A stretch of 64,000 bases of DNA from Clostridia bacterium. GTDB lineage: Bacteria > Bacillota > Clostridia > Oscillospirales > Acutalibacteraceae. Each line of letters begins with the position of its first letter. Position 1 is the stretch's first letter. The notes below the pieces were generated by a model. It made no database searches. It was not told where the DNA came from and worked only from the letters and a program-made list of their open reading frames with translations. The DNA lies in the NCBI GenBank assembly GCA_017548045.1, contig JAFYNR010000010.1:35271-99270 (forward strand), read 5' to 3'. Of the stretch, positions 28,440-37,749 are shown piece after piece. The translations under genes and the position numbers were made by a program.

Positions 28440-29113
28440 CTGTTATCATCCTTCCGCATAATGTAGGCAATACCGTCGCTGTCAACTGCCATAATCAGAA
28501 TTTTTTCCATAGGTATTTTCGACGAAACGGCAAGCTTTTTAACCCTGCTCGGGTCACAGCCCGCTTCCCCCGCCACATCCTCCATAACCCTGCCGTCGCA
28601 GATAACCGCAAAGGGCATACCCTTATCCTTGGGGTAAACGTTAACGTCGGATGCCGTTGAGGTTCTGTAATCGGGTTTCAGAAGAATACTGATTTTTCCG
28701 TTGGTTTCGAATATGGCATAGGAAACCTGGGTTATATCAAAAACGTCCTTCTGCCTGAGAGCGCACACGAGGTCGTTGAGGGTCATACGCAGTTTTTTCA
28801 GTGCCTTGTAGTCTATCTCTCCGTTGCGGATGACAATTACGGGATGCCCCTGCATATACGTGCGTATTCTCGGACTTTTCAGACTGATTGCAGAGGACAG
28901 GATTTCACAGGCAACAAGAGTGCACAATGCGGCAACGGAGCTGAGAATCGGCACCTTGTTATCCTGAATGGGAATAGACGCAATCTCTGACAGCAATATG
29001 GTTATAACAAGCTCCGAAGGCTGTAATTCACCTATCTGCCGCTTACCCATAAGTCTGACAAGCAATATTATGACCGTGTATAAAATCAGCGTTCTCACAA
29101 GCGTTACCGCCAT
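28436..29113 (-). CDS. DUF421/YetF family membrane protein
   Basis: RLMGKRQIGELQP.ELV and AIFETNGKISIL motifs. Confidence 0.88.
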   Translation of the reverse strand: MAVTLVRTLILYTVIILLVRLMGKRQIGELQPSELVITILLSEIASIPIQDNKVPILSSVAALCTLVACEILSSAISLKSPRIRTYMQGHPVIVIRNGEIDYKALKKLRMTLNDLVCALRQKDVFDITQVSYAIFETNGKISILLKPDYRTSTASDVNVYPKDKGMPFAVICDGRVMEDVAGEAGCDPSRVKKLAVSSKIPMEKILIMAVDSDGIAYIMRKDDNS

Positions 29114-29226
29114 ATCGCCACATCCTTTCTTCCTCTTATTTTTCTCCGGCTTGCGGTTATTATTACCTTTTTGTTGACTAAAAGGAGAAAAATATATATA
29201 ATTTCCGTAGGAAAGGCGGTATTTAT

Positions 29227-30183
29227 ATGAAATACTATCTTGGCTTTGACATCGGCGGCACAAAATGCGCCGTTGTGCTCAGCGAAAAAAAAGCAAGCTC
29301 GATAAAGGATAAAATCCGCTTTGACACAAGGGTTGAACGGGGGTACAAAGAAATTATCGGCGAGCTTATTTCTTCCGCAAAGGAAATACTCTGCCGCAAC
29401 GGAATTTCGCCCGAGGACGTTATTGCCTGCGGTGTAAGCTGCGGCGGTCCTCTGAACAGCGACACGGGTGTGATTATGCGTCCTCCCAATCTGCCCGACT
29501 GGGATAACGTTCCCCTTGCGGATACGGTCAGAGAAGAGCTGGGTATACCCTGCAAGGTAAGGAACGATGCAGATGCCTGTGCACTGGCGGAATGGCAGTT
29601 CGGCGCAGGCAGAGGAACGAAAAATATGATTTTTCTCACCTTCGGTACGGGTATGGGTGCAGGGCTTATTCTTGACGGAAGGCTCTATTCGGGCACCTGC
29701 GGCACTGCAGGCGAGGTGGGTCACATAAGGCTTGATGCCGACGGTCCCGTTGCCTACGGAAAAGCAGGCTCATTCGAAGGCTTCTGCAGCGGTGCAGGAA
29801 TTGCGGCAATGTCAAAGAAAATGCTTTCAATATATAACGGCTCAACAATAATCCCTCGTGACAACGTTACGGCAAAGACCGTTGCGGATGCGGCAATGAA
29901 GGGTGATAAGCTGGCAAACGCCATTTACCGCAGATGCGGCGAAAAGTTAGGTCTGGGAATTTCAATCCTCATTGATATCCTTAACCCCGAAAGAATTGTC
30001 ATAGGCAGCATTTATCAGCGCTCGGGGCATCTGCTTGCAGAAAGTATGAATGAAACCATAAGGAAAGAAGCCCTTGAAATTTCCGCACAATGCTGTAAAA
30101 TAGTACCTGCAATGCTGGGCGACGAAATCGGTGATTTTGCCGCAATCGGCGTTGCAAAAGCTTTTGCGGAGGCTGAATTATGA
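29227..30183 (+). CDS. ROK family sugar kinase
   Basis: GFDIGGTK, NDADACALAE, GTGMGAG, GEVGH, GSFEGFCSG. Confidence 0.9.
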   Translation: MKYYLGFDIGGTKCAVVLSEKKASSIKDKIRFDTRVERGYKEIIGELISSAKEILCRNGISPEDVIACGVSCGGPLNSDTGVIMRPPNLPDWDNVPLADTVREELGIPCKVRNDADACALAEWQFGAGRGTKNMIFLTFGTGMGAGLILDGRLYSGTCGTAGEVGHIRLDADGPVAYGKAGSFEGFCSGAGIAAMSKKMLSIYNGSTIIPRDNVTAKTVADAAMKGDKLANAIYRRCGEKLGLGISILIDILNPERIVIGSIYQRSGHLLAESMNETIRKEALEISAQCCKIVPAMLGDEIGDFAAIGVAKAFAEAEL

Positions 30184-30803
30184 GAGAAAATATGATTTTT
30201 AACGAACTGCTTGAAAGATATCCTTCTCTTTCGGTGTGCAGTGAAGAAATATACAAATCGTTTGAAATAATGGCTGAATGTCTTGAAAACGGAGGCAAAA
30301 TCCTCTGCTGCGGCAACGGCGGCTCGGCGGCAGACTGCGACCATTTCGCAGGCGAATTGCTGAAAGGCTTCCTTAAAAAGAGACCCCTTTCCGACGAAGA
30401 AAAATCCAGATTCGGCGACAGCTTTATTGCCGATAATCTGCAAAAGGGTCTGCCTGTTATTTCACTCAATGCCCACACTGCTCTGATGACCGCATATTCA
30501 AACGACGCTCAGTCATCCCTTGTTTATGCGCAGCAGGTTTATGCATACGGAAAAAGCGGTGACGTTCTTCTGTGTCTGAGCACGTCGGGTAACTCCTCAA
30601 ACGTCATTTTTGCCGCAGAAACGGCACTCGCATCGGACGTGAAGGTTATATCGATAACAGGTAAAAAAATCAGTCCTCTTAAAAGATTTTCGGACGTATG
30701 CATCAATCTTCCCGAATCCGAAACCTTCAGGATTCAGGAGCTCACACTGCCCGTATATCATTGCCTTGCCGCAATGATTGAGGATAAATTTTTCGATAAA
30801 TAA
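30180..30803 (+). CDS. SIS-domain phosphosugar isomerase (GmhA-like)
   Basis: CGNGGSAADCDHF, LSTSGNS, RIQE..L..YH. Confidence 0.85.
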   Translation: MRENMIFNELLERYPSLSVCSEEIYKSFEIMAECLENGGKILCCGNGGSAADCDHFAGELLKGFLKKRPLSDEEKSRFGDSFIADNLQKGLPVISLNAHTALMTAYSNDAQSSLVYAQQVYAYGKSGDVLLCLSTSGNSSNVIFAAETALASDVKVISITGKKISPLKRFSDVCINLPESETFRIQELTLPVYHCLAAMIEDKFFDK

Positions 30804-30823
30804 ACTGCTAAGGAGAACAGATT

Positions 30824-32530
30824 ATGATTAACATACCCAGACACGAGCATCCCGATCCCCAGTGCGAAAGAGCAGATTGGCTTAACCTCAACGGAGAATG
30901 GGATTTTGAATTCGACTTCGGCAACAGCAAGCTCGAAGCAGGTATTCTTGATAAGAAGGATTGGGAAAAGAAAATCGTTGTTCCCTTCTGCCCCGAAAGC
31001 AAGCTCTCGGGAATTGAATATACCGATTTCATTCCCGCAGTGTGGTACAGAAGAACAGTTAACATTACTGCCGATCAGCTTTCAGGCAGAGTTCTTCTTC
31101 ACTTCGGTGCAGTTGACTATGAAGCAACGGTTTATATCAACGGCAAAAAGGCAGGCACTCACAAGGGCGGCTACGCTTCGTTCAGATTTGACGTCACCGA
31201 TTACCTTAACGAAGGTGAAAACACCATTATCGTTCACGCTGTTGACGACGTGAGAGACCCTCTTGTACCCAGAGGAAAGCAGAGTGAAGAGCTTAAATCA
31301 CACGGCTGTGACTACACGAGAACAACAGGTATCTGGCAGACGGTATGGCTTGAATTCGTACCCAAGGCATACGTAAAAAGCTTCAGGCTTTTCCCCGATT
31401 ACGAAAACGGAATTATTGCAATTTCCGCGGTTGTTGAGGGCGAAGGAGAATTCACCGCATCCGCTTCTTACGAAGGCAAGCCTATGGGATGCTTCGCAAA
31501 GACCGCAAAATCAACGGTTACGGGTGAAATAAAGCTTGATGAAATTCATCTCTGGGAGGTTGGCTGCGGCAGACTTTACGACCTTGAGATAACCTTCGGT
31601 GAAGATAAAATCAAAAGCTATTTCGGTCTGAGAAACGTAAGGCTTGACGGGCTTAAATTTCTTATCAACGGCAATTCCGTTTTCCAGCGTCTTGTGCTTG
31701 ACCAGGGCTTCTATGCCGACGGTATTTACACCGCACCCACGGAAGCAGACCTTGAAAACGATATTAAAATTTCGCTTGCCGTAGGCTTCAACGGTGCAAG
31801 ACTTCACGAAAAGGTATTCGAAAAGAGATTCCTTTACCACTGTGACAGACTGGGCTACATAGTATGGGGTGAATACGGCAACTGGGGTCTTGACTGGTCA
31901 AATCCCCTTTCGCTTGCCGCAATGCTTCCCGAATGGTGCGAATGTGTTGAAAGAGATTTCAACCATCCCTCAATCATCGGCTGGTGTCCCTTCAACGAAA
32001 CCTGGGATATCAACGGAAGAAGACAGCTTGACGACGTGCTCCGAATCATTTACAGAACAACTAAGCTGCTTGACGAAACCCGTCCCTGCATCGACACAAG
32101 CGGTCACTACCACGTTGAAACCGATATTTTTGACGTTCATGATTACGAGCAGGACGTTGCCGTTTTTGCAAGCCACTACGAAAAGCTTGTCGAGGAGGGC
32201 ACTATGTACGGCTACTTCCCCGACAGACAAACCTTTGACGGCGGCATAACCTTCGTGAGCGAATACGGCGGACTTCAGTGGTCAAGGGGTGACAGAGGCG
32301 ATGCCTGGGGCTACGGCAACGCGCCCAAAACCGAGGAAGAATTTATTGAGCGTTACAAGGGTCTGACGGATATTCTGCTTGACAACAAAGCAATATTCGG
32401 TCTTTGCTACACTCAGCTTTATGATATCGAGCAGGAGCAGAACGGTCTTTACTACTATGACCGTACACCCAAGTTCGACCCCGAAATATTCAGAAAAATC
32501 AATTCACGCAAAGCGGCGATTGAAGATTAA
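30824..32530 (+). CDS. GH2 glycoside hydrolase (beta-galactosidase/glucuronidase-like)
   Basis: LNGEWDF, LHFGAVDY, GIWQTVWLE, NHPSII.W.PFNE, VSEYGG, DIEQEQNG. Confidence 0.9.
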   Translation: MINIPRHEHPDPQCERADWLNLNGEWDFEFDFGNSKLEAGILDKKDWEKKIVVPFCPESKLSGIEYTDFIPAVWYRRTVNITADQLSGRVLLHFGAVDYEATVYINGKKAGTHKGGYASFRFDVTDYLNEGENTIIVHAVDDVRDPLVPRGKQSEELKSHGCDYTRTTGIWQTVWLEFVPKAYVKSFRLFPDYENGIIAISAVVEGEGEFTASASYEGKPMGCFAKTAKSTVTGEIKLDEIHLWEVGCGRLYDLEITFGEDKIKSYFGLRNVRLDGLKFLINGNSVFQRLVLDQGFYADGIYTAPTEADLENDIKISLAVGFNGARLHEKVFEKRFLYHCDRLGYIVWGEYGNWGLDWSNPLSLAAMLPEWCECVERDFNHPSIIGWCPFNETWDINGRRQLDDVLRIIYRTTKLLDETRPCIDTSGHYHVETDIFDVHDYEQDVAVFASHYEKLVEEGTMYGYFPDRQTFDGGITFVSEYGGLQWSRGDRGDAWGYGNAPKTEEEFIERYKGLTDILLDNKAIFGLCYTQLYDIEQEQNGLYYYDRTPKFDPEIFRKINSRKAAIED

Positions 32531-32540
32531 TTCATTTTGC

Positions 32541-32718
32541 ATACTTTTTGAAACGGTAATCCCATAAGTCTGAGATGCGGAGCAGTTTTGAACGAGAAAA
32601 TTTTCGTCGTGTCAAGGCGAAAATTCGCAGGAATACGAGGCTATTTCAAGAATTTTCAACGCAGATACGGCGGAAAGCTTCCGTTCAAAACCTTATTGAT
32701 TTCCGTTTCGAAAAGTAT
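32541..32718 (+). repeat. ~180-nt imperfect palindrome / rod-like hairpin (candidate structured ncRNA or REP/MITE-like element)
   Basis: Nested inverted repeats: 32541-61 with 32698-718 (19/21), GTTTTGAACG with CGTTCAAAAC, TTTTCGTCGTGTC with GATACGGCGGAAA, GAAAATTC with GAATTTTC, GGAATA with TATTTC; many mismatches are G-U on the + strand. Confidence 0.75.
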
Positions 32719-32746
32719 TGACTTTGAATATATTATGTGATATCAT
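32718..32746 (+). promoter_or_regulatory. Promoter of scfA
   Basis: TTGACT-N17-TATCAT with extended TG. Confidence 0.6.
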
Positions 32747-32779
32747 TTGTAATGATAAAATTTGACGGAGGTTACAACA

Positions 32780-32935
32780 ATGAAACACATCAAGACTCTT
32801 GAAACACGCAATCTTTGTGACAGTGCCAAGAACGGCGGCTGCGGCGAATGCCAGACATCATGCCAGTCTGCTTGCAAAACAAGCTGCGGTATTGCTAACC
32901 AGCAGTGTGAAAGCACAAACAAGGAAAGCAAGTAA
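32780..32935 (+). CDS. scfA: SCIFF (six-cysteine) ranthipeptide precursor, 51 aa; not in the ORF track
   Basis: Manual translation MKHIKTLETRNLCDSAKNGGCGECQTSCQSACKTSCGIANQQCESTNKESK; GGAGG RBS; hallmark GGCGECQTSCQSACKTSC. Confidence 0.95.
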   Translation: MKHIKTLETRNLCDSAKNGGCGECQTSCQSACKTSCGIANQQCESTNKESK

Positions 32936-32949
32936 TTATAATTGCCGAG

Positions 32950-32974
32950 ATGCCGCCTTTATGGCGGCATTTTC
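32950..32974 (+). terminator. Stem-loop between scfA and scfB (leaky terminator or stabiliser)
   Basis: ATGCCGCC-TTTAT-GGCGGCAT followed by a short T-run. Confidence 0.6.
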
Positions 32975-32988
32975 TGTGAGGAGAAGCT

Positions 32989-34362
32989 ATGATACACCAG
33001 TATAAATTAAACGGTTACAACATCGTTCTCGATATATGCTCGGGCTCCGTTCACGTTGTTGACGAGGTTGCATACGATATAATTTCCGTTTTCGAAGAAA
33101 AAGGCAGGGATGATGTTATTGCCGAAATCAGCAGCAAATATGCGGATATTCCCCTTTCCGATATTGAAGAATGCTACGGTCAGATATGTGAATTAAAGGA
33201 TGCGGGCAAGCTTTTTGCACCCGAAACCTTTGAGCCTATGGCAGGCCACCTCAAGCAAAAAACCGCAGGCGTTGTAAAGGCGCTGTGTATGCATATCGCC
33301 CACACCTGCAACCTTAACTGCTCATACTGCTTTGCAAGTCAGGGCAAGTATCACGGCGAGCGTGCGCTGATGAGCTTCGAGGTGGGTAAGCGTGCCCTTG
33401 ATTTCCTTATTGAAAATTCGGGTACACGCCGCAACCTTGAGGTTGACTTTTTCGGCGGCGAGCCTCTGATGAACTTTGAGGTTGTAAAACAGCTTGTCAA
33501 ATACGCACGCAGTACCGAAAAGGAGCACGGAAAGAATTTCCGTTTTACTCTCACAACAAACGGTGTGCTCATTGACGATGATGTCATTGATTTTGCCAAC
33601 AAGGAGATGAGCAACGTTGTTCTCAGCCTTGACGGCAGAAAAGAAATCCACGACCGCTACCGTGTTGACTACGCAGGCAACGGAAGCTGGGATAAAATCG
33701 TTCCAAAATTTCAGAAGCTCGTTGAAGCAAGAGGCGGTAAAAACTACTATATGCGAGGCACGTTCACCCACGCAAACCCCGACTTTCTCAAAGATATTCA
33801 GCAGATGCTTGACCTTGGATTTACGGAGCTGAGTATGGAGCCCGTCGTATGCGCCCCCGGTGAGCCGTCGGAGCTTACGGCAGAGGATATGCCCGTTGTT
33901 ATGGATCAATACGAAAAGCTGGCAGAGCTTATGCTCAGCCGTGACAAGGAAGGCAGACCCTTCACCTTCTATCACTATATGATTGACCTTACGGGAGGTC
34001 CCTGCATCTACAAGCGTATTTCGGGCTGCGGCTCGGGTACGGAATATATGGCAGTCACTCCCACGGGCGAGCTTTATCCCTGCCATCAGTTTGTAGGCGA
34101 AGAAAAATTCAGACTGGGCGATATCTGGGAGGGTGTTACAAACACCTCAATTCAGAATGAATTTGCGGAATGTAATGTTTATTCCCGTGAAGAATGCCGC
34201 ACCTGCTGGGCAAGGCTTTACTGCTCGGGCGGATGCGCCGCAAACGCTTACCACTCAACAGGCTCGGTAAAGGGAGTATATAAATACGGCTGCGAGCTTT
34301 TCAAAAAAAGAATGGAATGTGCAATTATGGTTGCAGTTGCAAGAGCTTTCGGAGATGAATAA
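32989..34362 (+). CDS. scfB: Radical SAM/SPASM thioether-forming SCIFF maturase
   Basis: N-terminal RRE-like region, CNLNCSYC, DFFGGEP, SPASM cysteines (GPCIYKRISGCGSG, YPCHQF, CRTCWARLYCSGGCAAN); adjacent to scfA. Confidence 0.95.
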   Translation: MIHQYKLNGYNIVLDICSGSVHVVDEVAYDIISVFEEKGRDDVIAEISSKYADIPLSDIEECYGQICELKDAGKLFAPETFEPMAGHLKQKTAGVVKALCMHIAHTCNLNCSYCFASQGKYHGERALMSFEVGKRALDFLIENSGTRRNLEVDFFGGEPLMNFEVVKQLVKYARSTEKEHGKNFRFTLTTNGVLIDDDVIDFANKEMSNVVLSLDGRKEIHDRYRVDYAGNGSWDKIVPKFQKLVEARGGKNYYMRGTFTHANPDFLKDIQQMLDLGFTELSMEPVVCAPGEPSELTAEDMPVVMDQYEKLAELMLSRDKEGRPFTFYHYMIDLTGGPCIYKRISGCGSGTEYMAVTPTGELYPCHQFVGEEKFRLGDIWEGVTNTSIQNEFAECNVYSREECRTCWARLYCSGGCAANAYHSTGSVKGVYKYGCELFKKRMECAIMVAVARAFGDE

Positions 34363-35700
34363 ATGAATACTCCAATCTGCGATTTCGTAAATGAATATAC
34401 AAATTCCAAGGCTGAAAGACTGCATATGCCCGGTCATAAGGGCGTGCCGTTTCTCGGCTTTGAGGCTTATGACATAACGGAAATCGACGGTGCGGACAGC
34501 CTTTACGAAGCAAGCGGAATTATTGCCGAAAGCGAGAAAAATGCAGGCTCGCTTTTCGGATGTGACACGTTTTATTCGGCGGAAGGCTCATCGCAGTGCA
34601 TAAAGGCGATGGTGCATCTTGCGGTGCTTCACGCTAAGTCAGAGGGCAAAGCTCCCCTTATTGCCGCAGGCAGAAACGCTCACAAGGCTTTTATGAATGC
34701 CGCCGCTCTGACGGATTGCGATGTTATGTGGCTGTATTCCGACGAAGATGAGTCCTATCTTTCCTGCATGATTACAGCGCAAAGCCTTGAAAATTCTCTT
34801 GAAAAAGCAGAAACAAAACCGACCGCAGTGTATATAACAAGCCCCGATTATCTCGGAAGCACCGTTGATATAAAGTCAATTTCCGCAGTCTGCAACAAGC
34901 ACGGAATCCTTCTGCTTGTTGACAATGCCCACGGGGCTTATCTTAAATTTCTGCCCCAAAGCCTTCATCCTATGGACTGCGGTGCGGATATCTGCTGCGA
35001 CTCGGCACACAAAACCTTACCTGTGCTCACGGGCGGTGCATACCTGCATATTTCAAAGAATGCCGACCCGTTTTTTGCCGAAAATGCAAAGGCTTCTCTT
35101 GTGCTTTACGGCTCAACGAGCCCGTCATATCTCATATTGCAATCCCTTGACAAAGCCAACGAATATATAAACGGCGGTTACCGTGAAGGGCTTGCGGAAT
35201 TCTGTGCCGAAACGGCAGAAGCAAAGAAATTTCTTGCGGATAACGGCTTTGAGCTTTACGGCAGCGAGCCTCTCAAAATCACAATCGGAACAAAATCCTG
35301 CGGATATTACGGCACGGATTTTGCGGATATACTGAAATCAAAGGGTATTCTGTGTGAATTCTCGGATAAGGATTTCATTGTGCTTATGCTTACCCCCGAG
35401 AACTCAGGTGAGACACTCAAAAAGCTTGCCGACACTCTGATTTCCATACCGAAAAAAGAAAGAATCCGTGAAAATCCGCCTGCAATTCCCGTTTTACCCT
35501 CTGCAACGTCGATAAGAAAAGCGGTTTTCTCCCCCTGCGAAACCGTTGATATCAGCAACGCAAAAGGCAGAATCCTTGCCCAGGCAAACGTCGCCTGTCC
35601 CCCTGCGGTGCCCGTTGCGGTGTGCGGTGAAATCATAACGGAAGAAGCAATAAAATGCTTTGAATACTTCGGAATAAATCAGATAAAAGTTGTAAAATAA
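34363..35700 (+). CDS. PLP-dependent Orn/Lys/Arg decarboxylase family protein
   Basis: LHMPGHKG, DITEI.GAD, VDNAHGA, SAHKTLP, STSPSY, PPAVP. Confidence 0.88.
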   Translation: MNTPICDFVNEYTNSKAERLHMPGHKGVPFLGFEAYDITEIDGADSLYEASGIIAESEKNAGSLFGCDTFYSAEGSSQCIKAMVHLAVLHAKSEGKAPLIAAGRNAHKAFMNAAALTDCDVMWLYSDEDESYLSCMITAQSLENSLEKAETKPTAVYITSPDYLGSTVDIKSISAVCNKHGILLLVDNAHGAYLKFLPQSLHPMDCGADICCDSAHKTLPVLTGGAYLHISKNADPFFAENAKASLVLYGSTSPSYLILQSLDKANEYINGGYREGLAEFCAETAEAKKFLADNGFELYGSEPLKITIGTKSCGYYGTDFADILKSKGILCEFSDKDFIVLMLTPENSGETLKKLADTLISIPKKERIRENPPAIPVLPSATSIRKAVFSPCETVDISNAKGRILAQANVACPPAVPVAVCGEIITEEAIKCFEYFGINQIKVVK

Positions 35701-35708
35701 CACAGTTC

Positions 35709-35744
35709 AAAGACACTTTTACAGTTGTGAAAGTGTCTTTTTTG
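35709..35744 (+). terminator. Terminator
   Basis: AAGACACTTT...AAAGTGTCTT followed by T-run. Confidence 0.75.
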
Positions 35745-35835
35745 TTTTTCTTTGATTTTCCTCTTGCAAAAAATCCGTTTATTTTGTATCATATGGAGTA
35801 TCTGTGTAAAAATTATATTTATAAAGGAGAATTAT

Positions 35836-37746
35836 ATGCAGGATAACAAACAGTTCAAGCCGTATATCCCTGCAAGCAAAATTACACCCGAATTCACGGT
35901 TACGTCAATCGTAATGGGTGTTCTGCTTGCGGTTATCTTCGGCGCGGCAAATGCATACCTGGGTCTTCGCGTAGGTATGACGGTTTCGGCTTCAATCCCC
36001 GCCGCCGTTATAGCTATGGGTGTTATCAGGGTTGTTATGCGTAAAAACTCAATTCTTGAAAGCAACATTGTTCAGACAGTCGGTTCGGCAGGTGAATCCC
36101 TTGCCGCAGGTGCAATTTTCACCCTCCCTGCCCTTTTCCTCTGGGCTAAGGAAGGCAAGATGGATAAGCCCGATATGCTTGAAATCACACTCATCGCACT
36201 TCTCGGCGGTCTTCTGGGCGTATTCTTTATGGTTCCTCTGAGAAACGCTCTTATCGTTAAGGAGCACGGTGTTCTGCCCTACCCCGAAGGCACTGCCTGT
36301 GCAGAGGTTCTGCTTGCAGGCGAGGAAGGCGGCTCAAACGCTTCAACGGTATTCGCAGGTATGGGCTTTGCCGCATTCTTCAAGCTCATCATTGACGGTC
36401 TTAAAGCTGTACCAGGTGAGATTTCGTTCAGAATCAAGGGCTTTGCAGGCGAATTCGGAACTCAGATTTATCCTGCGGTTATGAGCGTAGGCTATATCTG
36501 CGGCCCCAGAATTTCATCATATATGTTCGGCGGCGGTATTTTAAGCTGGCTTGTGCTTATACCCATTATCGTTCTTTTCGGTGAAACGCTTACCCTCTAC
36601 CCCGGCACGGCACCCATCGGTGAAATGTTTGCCGAAGGCGGCGCAAGCGCAATCTGGAGCTCATATATCCGCTACATCGGTGCAGGCGCTCTTGCGGCAG
36701 GCGGTATCATCAGCCTTATCAAGTCGCTTCCCCTTATCGTGCGCACCTTCAGAGATGCAATCAAGGGTATGAAGGGCGGTTCGGATGCAGGCAATGAACG
36801 CACAAATCAGAACCTCAGCATGAAGTTTGTTCTTATTGCAATCCTTGCTCTCACAATCATCGTATGGCTTGTACCCGCAGTTCCCGTTTCACTTCTCGGT
36901 GCGGCAATCGTTGTTATTTTCGGTTTCTTCTTTGCCACTGTTTCATCAAGAATGGTTGGTCTTGTAGGCAGCAGTAACAACCCCGTTTCGGGTATGGCAA
37001 TCGCAACACTTCTTATTGCCACGGTAATTCTTAAAATTACGGGCAGCACGGGTGCTGAAGGTATGAGAAGCGCTATTGCTATCGGCTCAATCATCTGCAT
37101 TGTTGCCGCTATTGCAGGCGATACATCTCAGGACCTCAAAACAGGTTATCTTCTCGGTGCAACTCCCAGAAAGCAGCAGATAGGCGAGGTTATCGGTGTT
37201 ACCGCAGCCGCACTTGCCATAGGCGGTACGCTTTATCTTCTCGACACTGCGTGGGGCTTCGGCGGAGATGCTCTTGCCGCACCTCAGGCAACACTTATGA
37301 AAATGATTATTGAAGGCGTTATGGATAACAACCTTCCCTGGGGTCTTGTATTCATCGGCGTATTCATTGCAATCGTTGTTGAAATTATCGGTATTCCCGT
37401 TCTTCCCTTTGCAATCGGCGTTTATCTTCCCGTGCATCTCAACGCCTGCATTATGGTGGGCGGTCTTGTAAGACTTGCGGTTGACAAAATAAAAAAGAAC
37501 GAGGAAGAAAAGAAAACAATCACAAACGACGGCATCCTTTTCTGCTCGGGTATGATTGCAGGCGAGGGTCTTGTGGGTATCGTTCTTGCACTTCTCGCCG
37601 TATTCGGCATTGACAAGGCTATTGATATTTCGGGCCTGCTCAACCTTTCACCCGTTGTTGCAAAGGTTGCAGCCCTTGCGGTTTTCGGTCTTATCATCCT
37701 CTCACTCCTTAAATTCTCCGTATGGAAGAAAAAGAAAAGCAAGTAA
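35836..37746 (+). CDS. Oligopeptide transporter, OPT family
   Basis: NAYLGLRVGMTVSASIPAA, LPYPEG.ACA, SNNPVSG, QDLKTG, APQATLM; own promoter TTGCAA-N17-TATCAT at 35764-35792. Confidence 0.93.
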   Translation: MQDNKQFKPYIPASKITPEFTVTSIVMGVLLAVIFGAANAYLGLRVGMTVSASIPAAVIAMGVIRVVMRKNSILESNIVQTVGSAGESLAAGAIFTLPALFLWAKEGKMDKPDMLEITLIALLGGLLGVFFMVPLRNALIVKEHGVLPYPEGTACAEVLLAGEEGGSNASTVFAGMGFAAFFKLIIDGLKAVPGEISFRIKGFAGEFGTQIYPAVMSVGYICGPRISSYMFGGGILSWLVLIPIIVLFGETLTLYPGTAPIGEMFAEGGASAIWSSYIRYIGAGALAAGGIISLIKSLPLIVRTFRDAIKGMKGGSDAGNERTNQNLSMKFVLIAILALTIIVWLVPAVPVSLLGAAIVVIFGFFFATVSSRMVGLVGSSNNPVSGMAIATLLIATVILKITGSTGAEGMRSAIAIGSIICIVAAIAGDTSQDLKTGYLLGATPRKQQIGEVIGVTAAALAIGGTLYLLDTAWGFGGDALAAPQATLMKMIIEGVMDNNLPWGLVFIGVFIAIVVEIIGIPVLPFAIGVYLPVHLNACIMVGGLVRLAVDKIKKNEEEKKTITNDGILFCSGMIAGEGLVGIVLALLAVFGIDKAIDISGLLNLSPVVAKVAALAVFGLIILSLLKFSVWKKKKSK

Positions 37747-37749
37747 GAT

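Noticed and set aside
26632-29113. NfeD-SPFH and DUF421-DUF4363 gene pairs
   Set aside because: Widespread, well-documented pairings; not novel.
32799-33005. 68-aa + ORF and 62-aa - ORF (32743-32931) in the ORF track
   Set aside because: Alternative-frame shadows of the true scfA gene at 32780-32935.
33322-34086. 254-aa antisense ORF inside scfB
   Set aside because: Codon-bias shadow of a conserved gene; no motif or RBS.
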